Shown piece after piece: positions 39,690 to 53,335 of a DNA stretch of 64,000 nt. Position 1 is the first letter of the stretch, and each line of letters opens with the position of its first letter. The stretch is from Squalus acanthias (Eukaryota): NCBI GenBank assembly GCA_030390025.1, contig CM059433.1, positions 24,678,001 to 24,742,000 of the forward strand, read 5' to 3'. Under the pieces are notes generated by a model. The model did not search any database, had not been told where the DNA came from, and was given only the letters and a program-made list of their open reading frames with translations. Made by a program: the position numbers and the translations under genes.

Positions 39690-40135
39690 GGCCTTGGCTC
39701 AGTGGCAGCATCCTTACCTCAGTCATATCACGAGTTCAAGCCCTACTTCAGCGACTTGAGCTCATAATCTAGGCTAACACTTCATTGCAGTACCGAGTGA
39801 GTGATGCGCACTGTCTGAGGTGCCATTTTTCGAACGAGAAGATAAACCAATGCTCTGATCGGCCATATCAGGTTGGTATAAAAGATTCCATGGCACTATT
39901 TGAAGAGCAGGTAAGTTCTGGTGTCCTGAGCAACATTTATGCCTCAACCAGTATCACTAAAACAGATTATCTGATCATTTACCTCATTGCTGTTGGTGGA
40001 ATCTTGCTGTTCACAAATTAGTTGCCACATTTCCCTAGATTATAACAGCGATTACACTTGAAAAGTGCTTTATAAGCTGTGACGTGCTTTGGGATGTCCT
40101 CGGGATGTGAAAGAGACTGTATCAATGCAAGCTCT
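39690..40135 (+). mobile_element. SacSINE1-like SINE, near full length
   Basis: tggctcagtggcagca head, gagttcaagcc B box; collinear with 36521-36937; ends aatgcaagctctctcttt. Confidence 0.8.
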
Positions 40136-40845
40136 CTCTTTATTTCTCTGAGCTAACTGCGAAAAGGACATGCAATTTTCCCCTCCCAAATGCCAGAGAG
40201 GCTTCCCGCAGTGCCACACCCGTGTCTGGGAACTCAGGAGATGAGGTGGAAGGAAATATTAAAACTGTGACTCCACCATTCAATACTGTTAGGCACTACT
40301 ATGACAACACATTGCATTACAATGTTTCAGTTTCTCTTTTAAGCACTACAGCAATTGTTATTCAAGGCCGTAGGTAATTATTTGAAAACGGGGCCTGAAG
40401 TAGTGATAAATTCTTACACATGATGCTCAACTGTAGCTTAATTTCTTAGCAGAATGACTGCATTTCTACCTCCATTTGAAGAAATATTTTTCTGTGTCTC
40501 ATGAAAATGAAAAGTTTTGCAATCACTGAATTTTAGTTTACACACACACAGGCAGATTTTTCAATTTCTTTTACTCCTCAGATACAGACAGAGGTTCAGG
40601 TTACAGGAATCTGGTGCATGGATAACCTATAGCAGACGATGCTCCTTAAAATTTCTTTCCCCTTCTAAAATTTTTTAAACAAAAAATTTAAATGAAGATT
40701 AAGTCCAAAATAAACCTGTTTTCACACATCAACAAAGAAACTATTCTTAAAAAGTGATATTTGGCAGCTTGGCAAGATATTTTTCTCGCGACAACTGAGG
40801 GAGCTCCGAATGCTACCTCTTATCTGGTTCACACGGCACTCCTAT

Positions 40846-42002
40846 AGCATTCGATAAGGTGCCACACAAGAGGTTATTACACAAAATTAGGATTCATGGT
40901 TTTGGGGGTAATATGTTAGCATGGATTGAGGATTGGTTAATGGACAGAAAACAGAGTAGGCATAAACGGGACCTTTTCAGGTTGACAGGCTGTAACTAGT
41001 GGGGTACCGCAAGGATCCGTGCTTGGGCCTCAGCTATTTACAATCTATATTAATGACTTAGATGAAGGGACTGAGTGTAATGCATTCAAGTTTGCTGATG
41101 ATACAAAGTTAGGTGGGAAAGTAAGCTGTGAGGAGGATGCAAAGAGGCTGCAGAGAGATATGGACAGGCTGACTGAGTGGGCAAGAACATGACAAATGGA
41201 ATACAATGTGGGGAAGTGTGAAGTTATCCACTTTGGTAGGAAAATCAAAAAAGCAGAATATTTTTTGAATGGTGAGACTGAAATGTTTGCATTCAGAGGG
41301 ACCTGGGTGTCCTTGTACATGAATCACAGAAAGTTAACATGCAGGTATAGCAAGCAATTAGAAAAGCAAATGGTGTGTTAGCTTTTGTTACAAAGGGGTT
41401 AATGTATAAGAATAAAGAAGTCTTACTACAATTATACAGGGCATTGGTGAGGCCACACCTAGAGTACTATGTACAGTTCTGGTCTCCTTACCTAAGGAAA
41501 GACATACTTGCCTTAGAGGGCGTGCAGCGAAGGTTCACTAGACTGGTTCCTGGGAATGAGGGGATTGCCCTATGAGGAGAGATTGAGTAGACTAGGCCTA
41601 TATTCCCTTGAGTTTAGAAGAATGAGACATGATCTAATTGAAACATATAAAATTCTTACAGGGCTTGACAGGGTTGATGCTGCGAAAATGTTTCCCCTGG
41701 CTGGGGAATCTAGAACGCGGTCACAGTCACAGAATAAGGGATCGGCCATTTAGAACTGAGATGAGTAATTTCTTCACTCAAAGGGTTGTGAATCTTTGAA
41801 ATTCTCTACCCCAGAGAGCTGTGGATGCTGAGTCATTGAGTATATTCAAGACAAAGATCGATAAATTTTTGGGAATTAAGGGATATGGGGATAGTGTGGT
41901 AGGTGGAGTTGAGGTAGATCAACCATGATCTTGTTGAATGGCGGAGCAGGCTTGAGCTGCCAAATGGCCTACTCCAGCTCTTATTTCTTAGGTTATGTTC
42001 TT
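40846..42002 (+). mobile_element. CR1 LINE 3' fragment
   Basis: Starts at [25 protein letters not shown]; 3' UTR ending cttatttcttaggttatgttc. Confidence 0.92.
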
Positions 42003-43071
42003 TCCAATTTTTCCTGTTGACTTTTTGTAACTGACTCAATTTCTGTCTGGAGGAATTGAATGAGGTGTGAGTATACAAAGAGCTCTAGGGATAGTTCAGT
42101 AGAAAGCAGAAGAAATAATTTTGGGACAGGAATCTATAACGTAAGTAGACTTTAGTAAAGCATGTGCTATGAAGAAATGCGCAGGGTTAAATTTCCAAGT
42201 CAAATGGGTACACTTTGCAATCCTCAAGAAATAGGTGATGCTACGCTAAGTGTTTTTAGCGAACCCATAAACGCTCAAGTCCTACCTGAAGACAAGAGAT
42301 GATAAATGTTGTCCTGGGAAGTGAATCTGGAAATTATAGACTAATTAGCCCAACATCTGTAATGGAGAAAGTGCTTGAGAACATTGTATGAGGTGCTTTT
42401 GATGCTTATCTAAAGAGAACCAAGGTCATAAAGATTAATTAGCCTGAATGTAAATGTAAATTATAATATTTGCATTTATATAGTGCCATATCATGTTGAT
42501 ATATCTGTGCTCTGCACACACATTTTATGGAATGAAGTGATATATTTAGAAGCAATAGGTCATGGCGCAATAATCTTATGGAATGTCTTGAAGGAGTAAT
42601 TAAACCAGTGGATGAGGCTATTTTGCGGATGTGACTTTCTTAGATTTTCAGAAGTTGCTTTATAAAGTTCCGCAAGTAGATGGGCTAAGAAATGGCAGGT
42701 GAATTTTAATGTAGATTAAATAGAAGGTCATTCATATTGAAACAGCAAACATGTACAAGAGAGAAAAGAGGCCATTAATAAAGCTGGTGAAGGAAAATAA
42801 TTTGGGTGTGATGAGTAATTACTGAAAGTTTCTAGCCAAAGTGAAGGTGTTCTCAAAGTGGACCAAGTACTGTATTAAGCTATGTTTTGAGAACATTTGA
42901 CTTGTGTCCAAGCAAGCTATTCTCTCTTTTAAATACTTATGAAGCAATATTTTGGAATATTGTGTGCAGTTTTGGGCAGCCTATTTTAAAAGCACATCCA
43001 TACATGGGGAAGGTTCAGAGAAGAGTGATTGAGGTTTCTTCTAGTATAGAATGTAATCAGATTTTTGACTT

Positions 43072-43228
43072 GGGTAGAATTTCCGTGGGGGTTCCCCGAT
43101 CTCCTCCTAACTTCGGCGGAAGATCAGCGGAAACTAAACGGTGTAAATAGCAGTTTCTACGAGGTTTCCACCAATCGTCTGCTGAAGTTATGGCGGACAA
43201 TCCGGAGACCCCTCGTGGAACTTACTGG
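43072..43228. mobile_element. Small palindromic MITE-like element inserted in a decayed CR1
   Basis: Imperfect inverted arms (taacttcggcgga / tctgctgaagtta; ggggttccccgat / atccggagacccc); CpG-rich relative to flanks; decayed CR1-like sequence on both sides. Confidence 0.55.
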
Positions 43229-44971
43229 CGACGGACTGGAGTATGCAAAATGAGTTGGTCTCAAGTGAGACTGGAGGTTAGAAGAAATATTTTTGTACGG
43301 AGTAGTGAGTATGTGGAACAGACTCCAAGCAAAAGCTGAACTGATAAACTCTTTGGGGATCAAGGAGTATTTTCACACAAGCTGTCCCCAGGGAATTAAA
43401 TGTTTGTATAGCGTCCGTGGCAGGCTATGCGGAAGGGGCAGGTTGATGAGCCAAATGTGTTTTTCTCTTCCCTTGTATCCTTCTTTCCTCAGGACAAAAT
43501 GTCATACTCCCAGAAACTGGATTGTTATGGGGAAAATAATCAGTTGTCTTGAGAAGCAAATTGTTGAACAATAACGGTATTGCTGTATAACAGATTTGCT
43601 TGTCCGCAAACAAGAAAACGAATTAAGTGTTTAAGTAGAATTGTTTCTTAAAGTAGCGCATAAAGATTAAAGGATGGCTTGGAGTAAATTCTCATGGCAT
43701 ATCTGGTTGTGATTAGTCATGCAAGATGGATTCATGTACATCTGTAATTCATCTCTGCATAGTCAGTATTACTTTAAAAATACACTTCCTCCTCCCCCAC
43801 ACCCTACGCAATGTTTCCATTGTGAAATTTAGCTGCATTGCACAGCTGGATAGTGTCAGTCATTGAGTATAATGTCATGGGAGCAAGAATACCATGTTGG
43901 GTGCACAAAATTTAATGACCATTCTGACATGCATGTGGTTTACAGGGATATAATTTTCTGAAGCCGAAGTGAAGGCAAATGTTGGGTACTCTTTAGATCG
44001 GTGAGCAGTAGAAATCTAGGGTCATACATTCTGAGTTGATTTTAGAACGCTTATCGAGCCATCACACAACTAACCGAGTAAAGTTGATGGATTTTTATTT
44101 TCTTTCTTCCTTCCTCCCCTCCATACTTCAGCTATTTTTCTTGCGTGACATCCACATGTACCATTCCTTAACTCAGCTTGGTCTCCAGAGCTGGCCTGGT
44201 GCCAAGATGCTAGAGTTTTGGGTGAGACTTGATAGCGCTGCTGTGTAATCGGCACTGGCTTTAGTTGATGCTGACGAGAAATATTTGATGATTGTACCAG
44301 CTATTGAAGAAATTGACTAATATGGAACTGGTGCCACTTAGTGTATCTCTGTTAAGTTTGGGTGTCTTTAATCACTGATGCAAAGGTGTACAGCCTGTCC
44401 TTTCCTCACTGTTTATGATAAGAGGGGTTCCACTTTCTTCCTTTCTATTTGGTAAGTTTTTTTTAAAAGGTATTTGGTTATCTGGAGAGTTGGTGTTTGT
44501 TCCATTATGATTTGCAAGTACTTAGGAAAGAAATTGCTCCTTCAAGACTTTCTTTCCTCTTTAATTATAATTAGCTGGAAACATTTGAGCAACGGTCGGT
44601 CATTCATATTATTGAGTTTACTCATTCATTTTGTCAGTTGTTCACCTTTTTAATCTCAATTATTTGTCCTTTCTCCATATCCCTTAACACACTTGGCTTC
44701 CTTTTCAGCACCTCAATTGATTCTGCATTCGTCAGGCCAGCACATGCCATTTTCTCTCAATTCTTTTTGTGTGAATGTTTTTTCTTCCTAGATTCACTTT
44801 TAACTGGTTATTTTAATATTACATCCCCTTGGTTTTTTAGTTCCCCTACTAGGAGAAATAGGTGTTCCCTATCTTCCTTCATTATTTTCAACTCTGTTCA
44901 CTCATTAAGATCAACATACAGCCATCTCAGCTCTACGAAATCTAACTCCCGTTTGTCCAGCCTCGCCAGGC

Positions 44972-46600
44972 TTAATGTAGAAAAGCGTCCCAAAGCATCT
45001 GACAAAAATCGATACCAAGTCAAAAAAGGATGTATTAGGAGGGATGACTAAAAGCTTGGTCAAAAGGTGGGTTTACTGAGGGTCTTGAAGAAGGGGAGTG
45101 AGTTAGGGAGGGAATTCCAGAGCGTAGTGCTTAGACAGCTGAATGCATGGGTGCCAGTGGTGAGCGGAAGGGATTGGGGGTTTCACAAGAGGTCTGGAGG
45201 AACACACCGTTCTCGGAAGGTTGTGGGGCTGGAGAGTGTTTCAGAGATGAGGAAGAGTGAAGGCCATGAAGGCATTTAAACAAGAGGATAAGAATTTTAA
45301 ATTGAAGATATGGGGAACTAGGAACGAATGTAGGTCAGCATGCAGGAGTGAGGAACGGTGCGGGTTTAATTGAGACAGTGGCAGGGATGGGGATGGAATT
45401 GGTTGCAAGGTTTGTGGCAGGGGCCGAAGATGATAGCTTTGGTCTTCCACACGTTAAACTGGAGGAACTTGCGGCTCCTTCAAGACTGGATATTCAACAA
45501 CAACAACTTGTATTTATATAGCGCCTTTAACTTCGTAAAACGTCCCAGGCACTGCACAAGAGTATTTTAAGACACAAAATTTGACACCGATCCACATAAG
45601 GATAAATTAGGGCGGGTGACCAAATGCTTGGTCAAAGAGGTAGGTTTTAAGGGCGGGGGGGGCGGTTGTGGGGCTGAAGGAGATTAGAGATAGGAAGGGG
45701 CGAGGCCATGAAGGGATTTGAAAACAGCATGTCCACAGAGGTCAGAGAGGTGGTGGAGGTAGAGCTAGAGCTTGGTGCCGTCAGTGTACTTGTGGACCCT
45801 GATCTCGTGTCTTCAGGTGATGTCGCTAAGGGGGATCAGTAGATGAGGAAGAGGAGGGATCGAAGATAGATCCTTGAGGGACTCCTGAGGTAACAGTGTT
45901 AGGGTGGGAAGAGATGCCATTGTTGCAGATGCTTTGGATTGGATAGGTAAGAGTGGAACCAAGCAAAGGCAGTCCCACTCAGCTGGTTAACTGAGGAAAC
46001 ATGTTGGAGGAGGATGATGTGGTTCACTGCGTTGAAGCCTGCAGAGAGATCAAGGACGAGGAGGGTACAGCATCACAGTCACATAGGATGTAATTTGTGA
46101 CTTTGATTAAGGCTGTGGCAGGCATGGAGAGATTCAAACACTGAGTTGCTGGAAAGATGAACACAAATTTGGGAGGCAACAGCAAAGAGGTTGGAGATGG
46201 GGCAGTAGTTTGCAAGGACAGAGGAGTTAAGAGTATTTTATTCTGGGTGAGGGGTGATGGCAGTTTGAAAAGGAGAGTACTTGAGAGGAACCATTTACTT
46301 TGTCGGCTAGCATGGGGATGAGGAAGGAGAGTTGAGTGGTTTGCAGTTTAGTGCAAATGAGGTCAAGGGAACAGAATGTGGGGGTCTCAGATCAGATGAA
46401 ATTGAAAATGGCATAAAGGGAGATGTGCTAAGATTAGTGGGTTCAGGGCTAGGGTAGAGAGAACCTTGGGGATGGGGAAGCGGTAAAGGTAGCTGACTGG
46501 ATGGTCTCAATCTTATTGACAAAAGTCCATTAGCTCCAAGTTTGAAATCTGTGCACTGGGGGATTGGAAACCAGTGGAGGTGGGTGAGGACAGGCATGAA
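44972..46600 (-). mobile_element. Nested L2 LINE fragments: older copy interrupted by a younger L2 3' end at ~45495-45730
   Basis: Two L2 3' ends (aacaacttgtatttatatagcgcc at ~45502); minus-strand TALIKVTNYILCDCD RT-like segment. Confidence 0.7.
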
Positions 46601-46713
46601 AGGTGAGAGTTGGTGTAGGGTGGAGCTAAGAGGTCAGCAAGGAGAGTATTGAAGAACTGGAGTCTAAAGCAAATATAGAAAGGTTGAAGATGTACTGAAC
46701 TGAGTGAATCATT

Positions 46714-47442
46714 GGGCCAGATTTTGCTGTGAAAATAATGATCAGGCTAACAGTGCTCACTGTTATTTATGTGCAAATCAATTTCCGGCGAGCACACATA
46801 TGCAGGTAAATGCGAAAATCCGGAAGTTGCTGTCCGAGATGTGCTGCTCCTCCGTAAGTGGCGCGAAAATGGCATCTCGCCACCCAGCTCCCCATTCAAA
46901 TGTATTGAACGGCGCGAAGTTATTGTACTGTCGTCGTAGATGCGGACTAAACGCGACACAAAAAGTCAAGTACTCTTTTAATGGTGCAGTAAGTCTCAAT
47001 TACTGCCAAACAACCCTCTCTGGCACTGAATATTAACATCAACAAGTGGGGAGTCTCATTCCTTCCGATTTTAATTATTGTTAGAGATTTAAAATTTTTA
47101 TTAAATTTTTTACTTTTTCTTTCTGTCTCATCTCTCTTAATCCAATCTTTCTTTCCCTCTCTTTATTTCACTTTCTGTACCTGATTCGACATTGAATTAA
47201 ATATTTTAACTGACACTTCCTGGTTCAAACTCTGCACTGCTCATTAACAATTCTTCAATCTGATTGGTTAAGGAGATACACAGTTGCTTGCCCTGTTCAC
47301 ACAGGTCCCAGCTGCCCTGTAGAGTGCCGCACCGTTTGAATGTCCCGTTGACAGCAACGTGCCTTGCAAAACCCCATGGCAAGTCTAAGGGCAAGTGCAA
47401 GTCTAACGAACGGCTGGCGCCGCTCACTGCAAAATCCAGCCC
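46714..47442. mobile_element. PIF/Harbinger-type MITE, 729 bp
   Basis: TIRs gggccagattttgctgtga / tcactgcaaaatccagccc; 3-bp TSD att at 46711-46713 and 47443-47445; no transposase ORF. Confidence 0.8.
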
Positions 47443-47944
47443 ATTGTCTTTTGGCTATTGGATAAGAAGTGATTTGGATTTATTGGGAGATAACAAATTT
47501 GCATGTGAATATTTATTAAAATACTGTGGTAGAAATCATCCAAGTTTGAAGCACAATAATGGGTGTATTTTTGTTTATGTATCAGAAACAATGAAATAAC
47601 ATTGCATCACAAAAGAAATTGAGTCAGAGCAATATTAAGTATCAAAGGCACACACTGTCCTACTAGATGAGCTACATTTTTGTAGTGTTCAACCTTTGGT
47701 TACTTATTTAGTGTGTTTTTTTTTCTCTTTTCATAATGGACTTTGGAAATGGAGAAAAGAATAGAGGCCATGGAGGGAGCCACGTGTTCACTGCACCATC
47801 GTGTAGTTGGATGTTCGATATCTACGTTTAACTTCAGCATATCCACAGAGTGCTGCATACTGGCTCACTGTTGATGAGGTTTTTAATGATTGGAAACATC
47901 TGACTAGGCAGTCTTTTTAAAATCATTAAAATGAGAATGGTAGT

Positions 47945-48760
47945 ACAACAATAACAACTTGTGTTTATATAGCGCCTTTAACATAGTAAAACGTTCTAAG
48001 GCGCTTGACGGGAGCATTCGCAAACAAAATTTGAGCCACTTGAGATATTAGGGCAGATGACCAAAAGATTAGTTAGAGGTAGGTTTTAAGGAGCGTCTTA
48101 AAGGAGAAAAGAGAGGTGGAGAGGTTTAGGGAGGGAATTCCAGAGCTTAGGGACTCAGCAGCTGAAAGCATAGCCGCCAATGGTGGAGCGATTAAAATCA
48201 GGGATGTGCAAGAGACCAGAATTGGAGGTGTGGAGATATCTCAAAGGGTTCTAGGGTTGGAGGAAGTTACAGAGATAGGCAAGGCCATGGAGAGATTTAA
48301 AAACAAGGATGAGAATTTTAAAATGGAGGTGTTGCTTAACCGGGAGCCAAGGTAGGTCAGCGAGCACAGAGGTAATGGGTGAACGGGATTTGGTGTGAGT
48401 TAAGACACGGGCAGCCGAGTTTTGGATGACCTCTAGCTTCCAGAGGGTGGAAGATGGGAGGCCAGCCGGGAGTGCGTTGGAATAGTCAAGTCTAGAGGTA
48501 ACAAAGGCATGGATGAGCGTTTCAGCAGCAGATGAGCTGAGGCAAGGGCGGAGACGGGCGATGTTACGGAGGTGGAAATAGACAGTCTGGGTGATGGTGC
48601 GGATATGTGGTTGGAAGCTCATCTCGGGGTCAAATACGACACCAAGGTTGTGAACAGTCTGGTTCAGTCTCGGACAGTTGCCAGAGAGAGAGATGGAGTC
48701 GGTGGCTAGGGAGCGGAGTTTGTGGCGGGGACTGAAGACAGTGGCTTCGGTCTTCCCAAT
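47945..48760 (-). mobile_element. L2 LINE 3' fragment
   Basis: 172-aa ORF NLGVVFDPEMSF...ETLIHAFVTSRLDYSNAL...QNSAARVL...LPWLPV; L2 3' tail. Confidence 0.92.
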
Positions 48761-48854
48761 GGGTTGCAAGAGGCTTTTTTACTTTTGCTTTTGGAGGGGC
48801 CCACTTTTAAATTGTAGCTAATGTAGGATTATTATTAATAATAATTTGTCCCTA

Positions 48855-49487
48855 TGTTAAGGGAAATAACCCTATTACGAGTTGTAACTTTGAATGAAGA
48901 CAACAACCACAGAAACTGGCACTACGATTACGAAACACTTTATTCGATTGCCGAACAAGAATAAGCAACAGATCTAAATAATTCTCACAACTGGGAGCCA
49001 GTTTCAGAATGCGGATTGACCAGACCCTTGTTCTGGAGGAGAGCCCGGGAGTGTCCACCAAACTGATTCTTCCTTATCGTCTTCATGTGCCCTCTCTGCC
49101 CGATAGCACAGTTTGTTCTCTTTTTATACAGTTTTGAGCTAAATGGGCCTCCTCTGTTTCTTTGTTGCAGTGTCCAAGTCACAACCTTTCCTGCTCTATG
49201 TCTTGTTTTCTGTTGTTTTCCTTAGCAGTAGACAAAAGTCTGTGGCTTGTCGCCATTAGAAAACAGAAAAAGGTCATTTGTAACGGCGACAAGCCACAGA
49301 CTTCTGTCTACTGCTAAGACAGACAGAAAACAGAAAAAGGTCATTTGTGTCTGTCTTAGCAGTAGACAGAAGTCTGTCGTTTGTGGTTAACTTACAGGCT
49401 GGGCTTTCCATTCGCCGAAGAGTCAAAAGCTCACGACATTTAAATGACCCCGAACAATCCTGTACCTTCTATTAATATACTTTGACA
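48855..49487 (-). mobile_element. Possible solo LTR
   Basis: TG...CA ends with weak inverted similarity (tgttaagg / ctttgaca); minus-strand TATAAAA (~49125) upstream of AATAAA (~48940); no convincing TSD. Confidence 0.35.
49221..49377. repeat. Alternating inverted triplication A-S-A'-S-A with identical 22-nt spacers
   Basis: 49221-49258 vs 49281-49318 inverted (36/38); 49296-49325 vs 49348-49377 inverted (30/30); spacer gaaaacagaaaaaggtcatttg at 49259-49280 and 49326-49347. Confidence 0.92.
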
Positions 49488-50235
49488 CCAGTATTAGATC
49501 ACCTTTTTCAAGATGGTTTTGCTCTCAGCATGTTGATGCACATTTGCCTGTTTTAGACAGCACTTTTGGTGTGAAACCACCACCCAAGAGAACATGCTGC
49601 CAATACAAAATGGACATTATAAAAGAAGCATTAAATTATGTTTCAGTGACTTCCTCTTTTTTGCTGGTTTTATTTAGCATTTTCTTTCACTTGGGCATAA
49701 TATTACAATATTTAGATTTAAAGTTTTGTATTAATAGGATGGTAAAAGAGAAATACAGAAAGGATATAAAATGGGCCACAGATTACATCAAACAAAGTCT
49801 TGGGTCAAGCACAGGCCAGTGGGGCAAAGAAAATCTGATTGGTAACTTAATAGATAGTTATTTGAGCCAATCGAATATATTGACAAAATGTGAACAAATG
49901 GAAAGCAGATTGACAGGTAGCACAAAATACTAATGAGAAATGACTTAACTGGAACAAAACTGAGCAATCAAGTTGCTCAATCTCTTTCCAAAAGGATCAT
50001 TCAAGAACCAAGTAATGTAAAACTTGAAGGGATATTTACTAGTCCTAGCCCCTTTAGGGCTACCCCGGATCAGGCGTATCCTCCAGACGTTCACTTTCAA
50101 CTAAAGTTTGAGGTAGCCGAATCCTAAAGATGCTTAATTGGATCTAAAGGTCCGGATTATCTCTCCCTAAAGGAAAGGAACAACCTGAAAATGTTACCGT
50201 CCTCCAGATAGCATTTTTAATAAGTTTAGCTAGAC

Positions 50236-51105
50236 TGTAACATTCTGGATATTATGAGGGTCTGGAAAACTCCCCCAGAATTCTGCAACTCCTCACCAAA
50301 GAGTGTACAGAGATTGAGTTCGCGAGTTTGATACAGAAGTATTATGTGAGATAATTCTAAAAATATATAGATTTATTAAAGAATCGATGTAATTACAGTT
50401 GGTGAGTCAATCGCAACATCAACAGTTCCAAAAAGAGAAAGCTTTACAATCTTATTATCAGAGATCCTTATTCTCAAATCTTAACTTTGCTACAGTTTTA
50501 CAGTTCTTAGTCTTATTCAGGATATCCACCAAAATCAAATACAGTATCTTGATCCCCGAGGTACAAAGAGTTGTAGACTTACAGAGCCACCTCTGAAGCC
50601 TGAGAATCGCTTTGCCCCTTTACAGCGAATCTGTTATCCCATTTGAAAGTTCAATATTTATACCCTTTTTCAGTGGTATTTCCTTTGAAGTTTTCTGCTA
50701 ATGTAAGCTAATTATCTCGTCATTTTTCTGCTGACCCCTGCAATTCTTAGTCACTTCAGCTGGTAGCAATACAGACTCGTGTCTCTCCTCTAGGTGTTTG
50801 AAGTTTACCATAAAAAATGGTGTAACAGCAGGTGCATTTTATTTGATGTCATTTTTACTAAGGCCTTCTGTTTGTGCCTTTTTTACGAAGTGTAAATTAG
50901 AACACCTTAACCAGGGTGATCTATTGTTTGTTCCCAAAGATTCAGACTGTCAGGAGCCTTTAACCTTCTGTTTCAATTAGGTTATTGATTGTGTCAACAA
51001 CTATCTTACCTCAATAGCCTGTATGCTGTTACAGCTTTAGATTGTTGAGGCTTCCAGATTTCCAAACCCAGTTTGTCATGTTTTAATAAGGCTAGAATTC
51101 TTTCA
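50236..51105 (-). mobile_element. Probable solo LTR, 870 bp
   Basis: tgtaacattct...agaattctttca termini; flanks tagac / tagaa (5-bp TSD, one mismatch); minus-strand TATAAA (~50660) upstream of AATAAA (~50375). Confidence 0.6.
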
Positions 51106-52389
51106 TAGAATGGTATATTTTTCTGAATAGGTTATATGGCTTATTCCTTCACAAACTGACCAGAAAGATGACTTAAAAAGCAAATACATTTTGTTCCAAG
51201 ATCTTTTGCCCAATAGTTTGTTTTTGAGCCACTGACTGTATGCCCTAAGCTTTCTCTGGAGGGGCGGAACTCTTTCTCCTCTACCACCACACTCCCCTGG
51301 CCAGGGAGATGCTTGCTGACTCCAGCCAACTTTACCCCTGGGTCATAAGCAGGTGGACTCCCCAGACTCCGCCAGGGTTTGAGTTGAACCAAGGCCGAAA
51401 ACGAGGCCTTTTGCAGTCAGTTAGAAGGCAGTCTACAAGCTGCTTGAAAAGTTGGATTAAAAACATTAAAAAAAAAATGTATTATTGATTCTCCTGGGAC
51501 TTGTGCACAATAATGCACTGAAAGTGATTGCACAGGCTCCTCTGAATGGCATAAAACATGATGGCGGCCATATTTCCCTCAATTCGATCTGCTTTACATA
51601 TAACTTACCACATATGGTTGGGTCCATTTTATTGTACTGTGCTGACCTTCTGGAAACTGGTTGAGGCGGGAACATAGCGCAGAGTGCCACGAGCACGTTT
51701 CCAGCTCTATCTTCCTCAGTAAAGCCTGGACCCATCAATTTAGCAACTAAATTTCTAACATAGTTAACACTTTAAAAACATTTTTGAAGAACTCCCTGAA
51801 GTTGGATATAAACTTACCTGTGTTATCTTTGAAATCTTGTCCCTGTACAGGCCTGCCTTTTGTGTTTGGTCCTTGCATTTTTATGGGGGTGGGTTGGGTT
51901 TCTTTCAATATTTACCAACACGCTCCATCTGTTGGCAGCAAGGCTGCCATTTTCACGTCTGTCAAAAAAGATATTCTTGGCAAAATCTCACCGCATTGCT
52001 TCAATAAATAAAGTTGAGATTGTGCAGCCCAGCTTTTCCTTCTGAAATCTTCGCTGCTAATAGAAATATAGTCAGGCATCAAGCAATGTTTAGTCTACCA
52101 ACATACACTCAAAATTGGAGCCCAGTTATAATAAATACAAATAGCACATAGCAACAATACTAATACAGGCAGAATTGTATCCCAGTACCCGGCCGCTTCC
52201 CCCTCGATTCCAGTCCTAGGCTTGAGATTCTTGCTTCCTGCCTAAACCCAGGCTCTGGCGTGCTTTCCCTTGTATAAATGGGACGAGGTGACGCATACCC
52301 CAGCCCCCACCGCTGCCAGACAGAAGCAAGATCATTTTGGTGGCCATCAGAGGGTTGGAGTTCTGTTTGGTATCAGAGAGAAAAGAGAA

Positions 52390-53335
52390 TTAGAAGCTTG
52401 TGCTCCAGAACTAGTCACGCCTCGAACCAAGCTGTTTCAGCACAGCTACAATACTGGCACCTACCTGACAAAGTGGAAAACTGCCCAGGTATGTCCTGTC
52501 CACAAAAGCAGGACAAATCCAATCCGGCCAATTACCGTCCTATCAGTCTATTCAATCATCAGCAAAGTGATGGAAGGAGTCGTAGACAGTGCTATCAAGT
52601 GGCACTTACTCACCAATAACCTGCTCACCGATGTTCAGTTTGGGTTCCGCCAGGACCACTCGGCTCCAGACCTCATTACAGCCGTGGTCCAAACATGGAC
52701 AAAAGAGTTGAATTCCAGAGGTGAGGTGAGAGCGACTGCCCTTGACATTAAGGCAGCAGGCATGAAGGAGCCCTGGTAAAATTGAAGTCAATGGGAATCG
52801 GGGGTGGGGGGTAGAAGAGGGGAACTCTCCACTGACTGGAATTATACCTAGCACAAAGGAAGGTGGTTGTTGGAGGCCAATCCTCTCCGCCCCAATACAT
52901 CGCTGCAGGATTTCCTCAGGGCAGTGTCCCAGGTCTTCAGCTGCTTCATCAATGACCTTCCCTCCATCATAAGGTCAGAAGTGGGGATGTTTGCTGACGA
53001 TTGCACAGTGTTAAGTTCCATTCACAATTCCTCAGATAATGAAGCAGTCTGTGCACGCATGCAGCAAGAGCTGGACAACATTCAGGCTTGGACTGAGAAG
53101 TGGCAAGTAACATTTGTACCACACACGTGCCAGGCAGTGACCATCTCCAACAGGTGAAAGTCTAACCGCTGCCCCATGACATTCAGTGGCATTACCATCA
53201 TCAAATTCCCCACCAACAACATCCTGGGGGTCACCATTGACTAGAAACTTAACTGGACCAGCCCCATAAATGCTGTGGCTACAAGAGCAGGTCAGAGGCT
53301 GGGTGTTCAGCGGCAAGTGACTCACCTCCTGACCA
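52390..53335 (+). mobile_element. Jockey-group (CR1/Daphne-like) LINE RT fragment
   Basis: KWKTAQVCPVHK, PANYRPISL, QFGFRQDHSAPDL, ALDIKAA, MFADDCTV. Confidence 0.88.

Noticed and set aside
51141..51392. PPAY motif suggesting a retroviral Gag late domain
   Set aside because: A single short motif with no capsid, zinc knuckle, PBS or pol sequence nearby.
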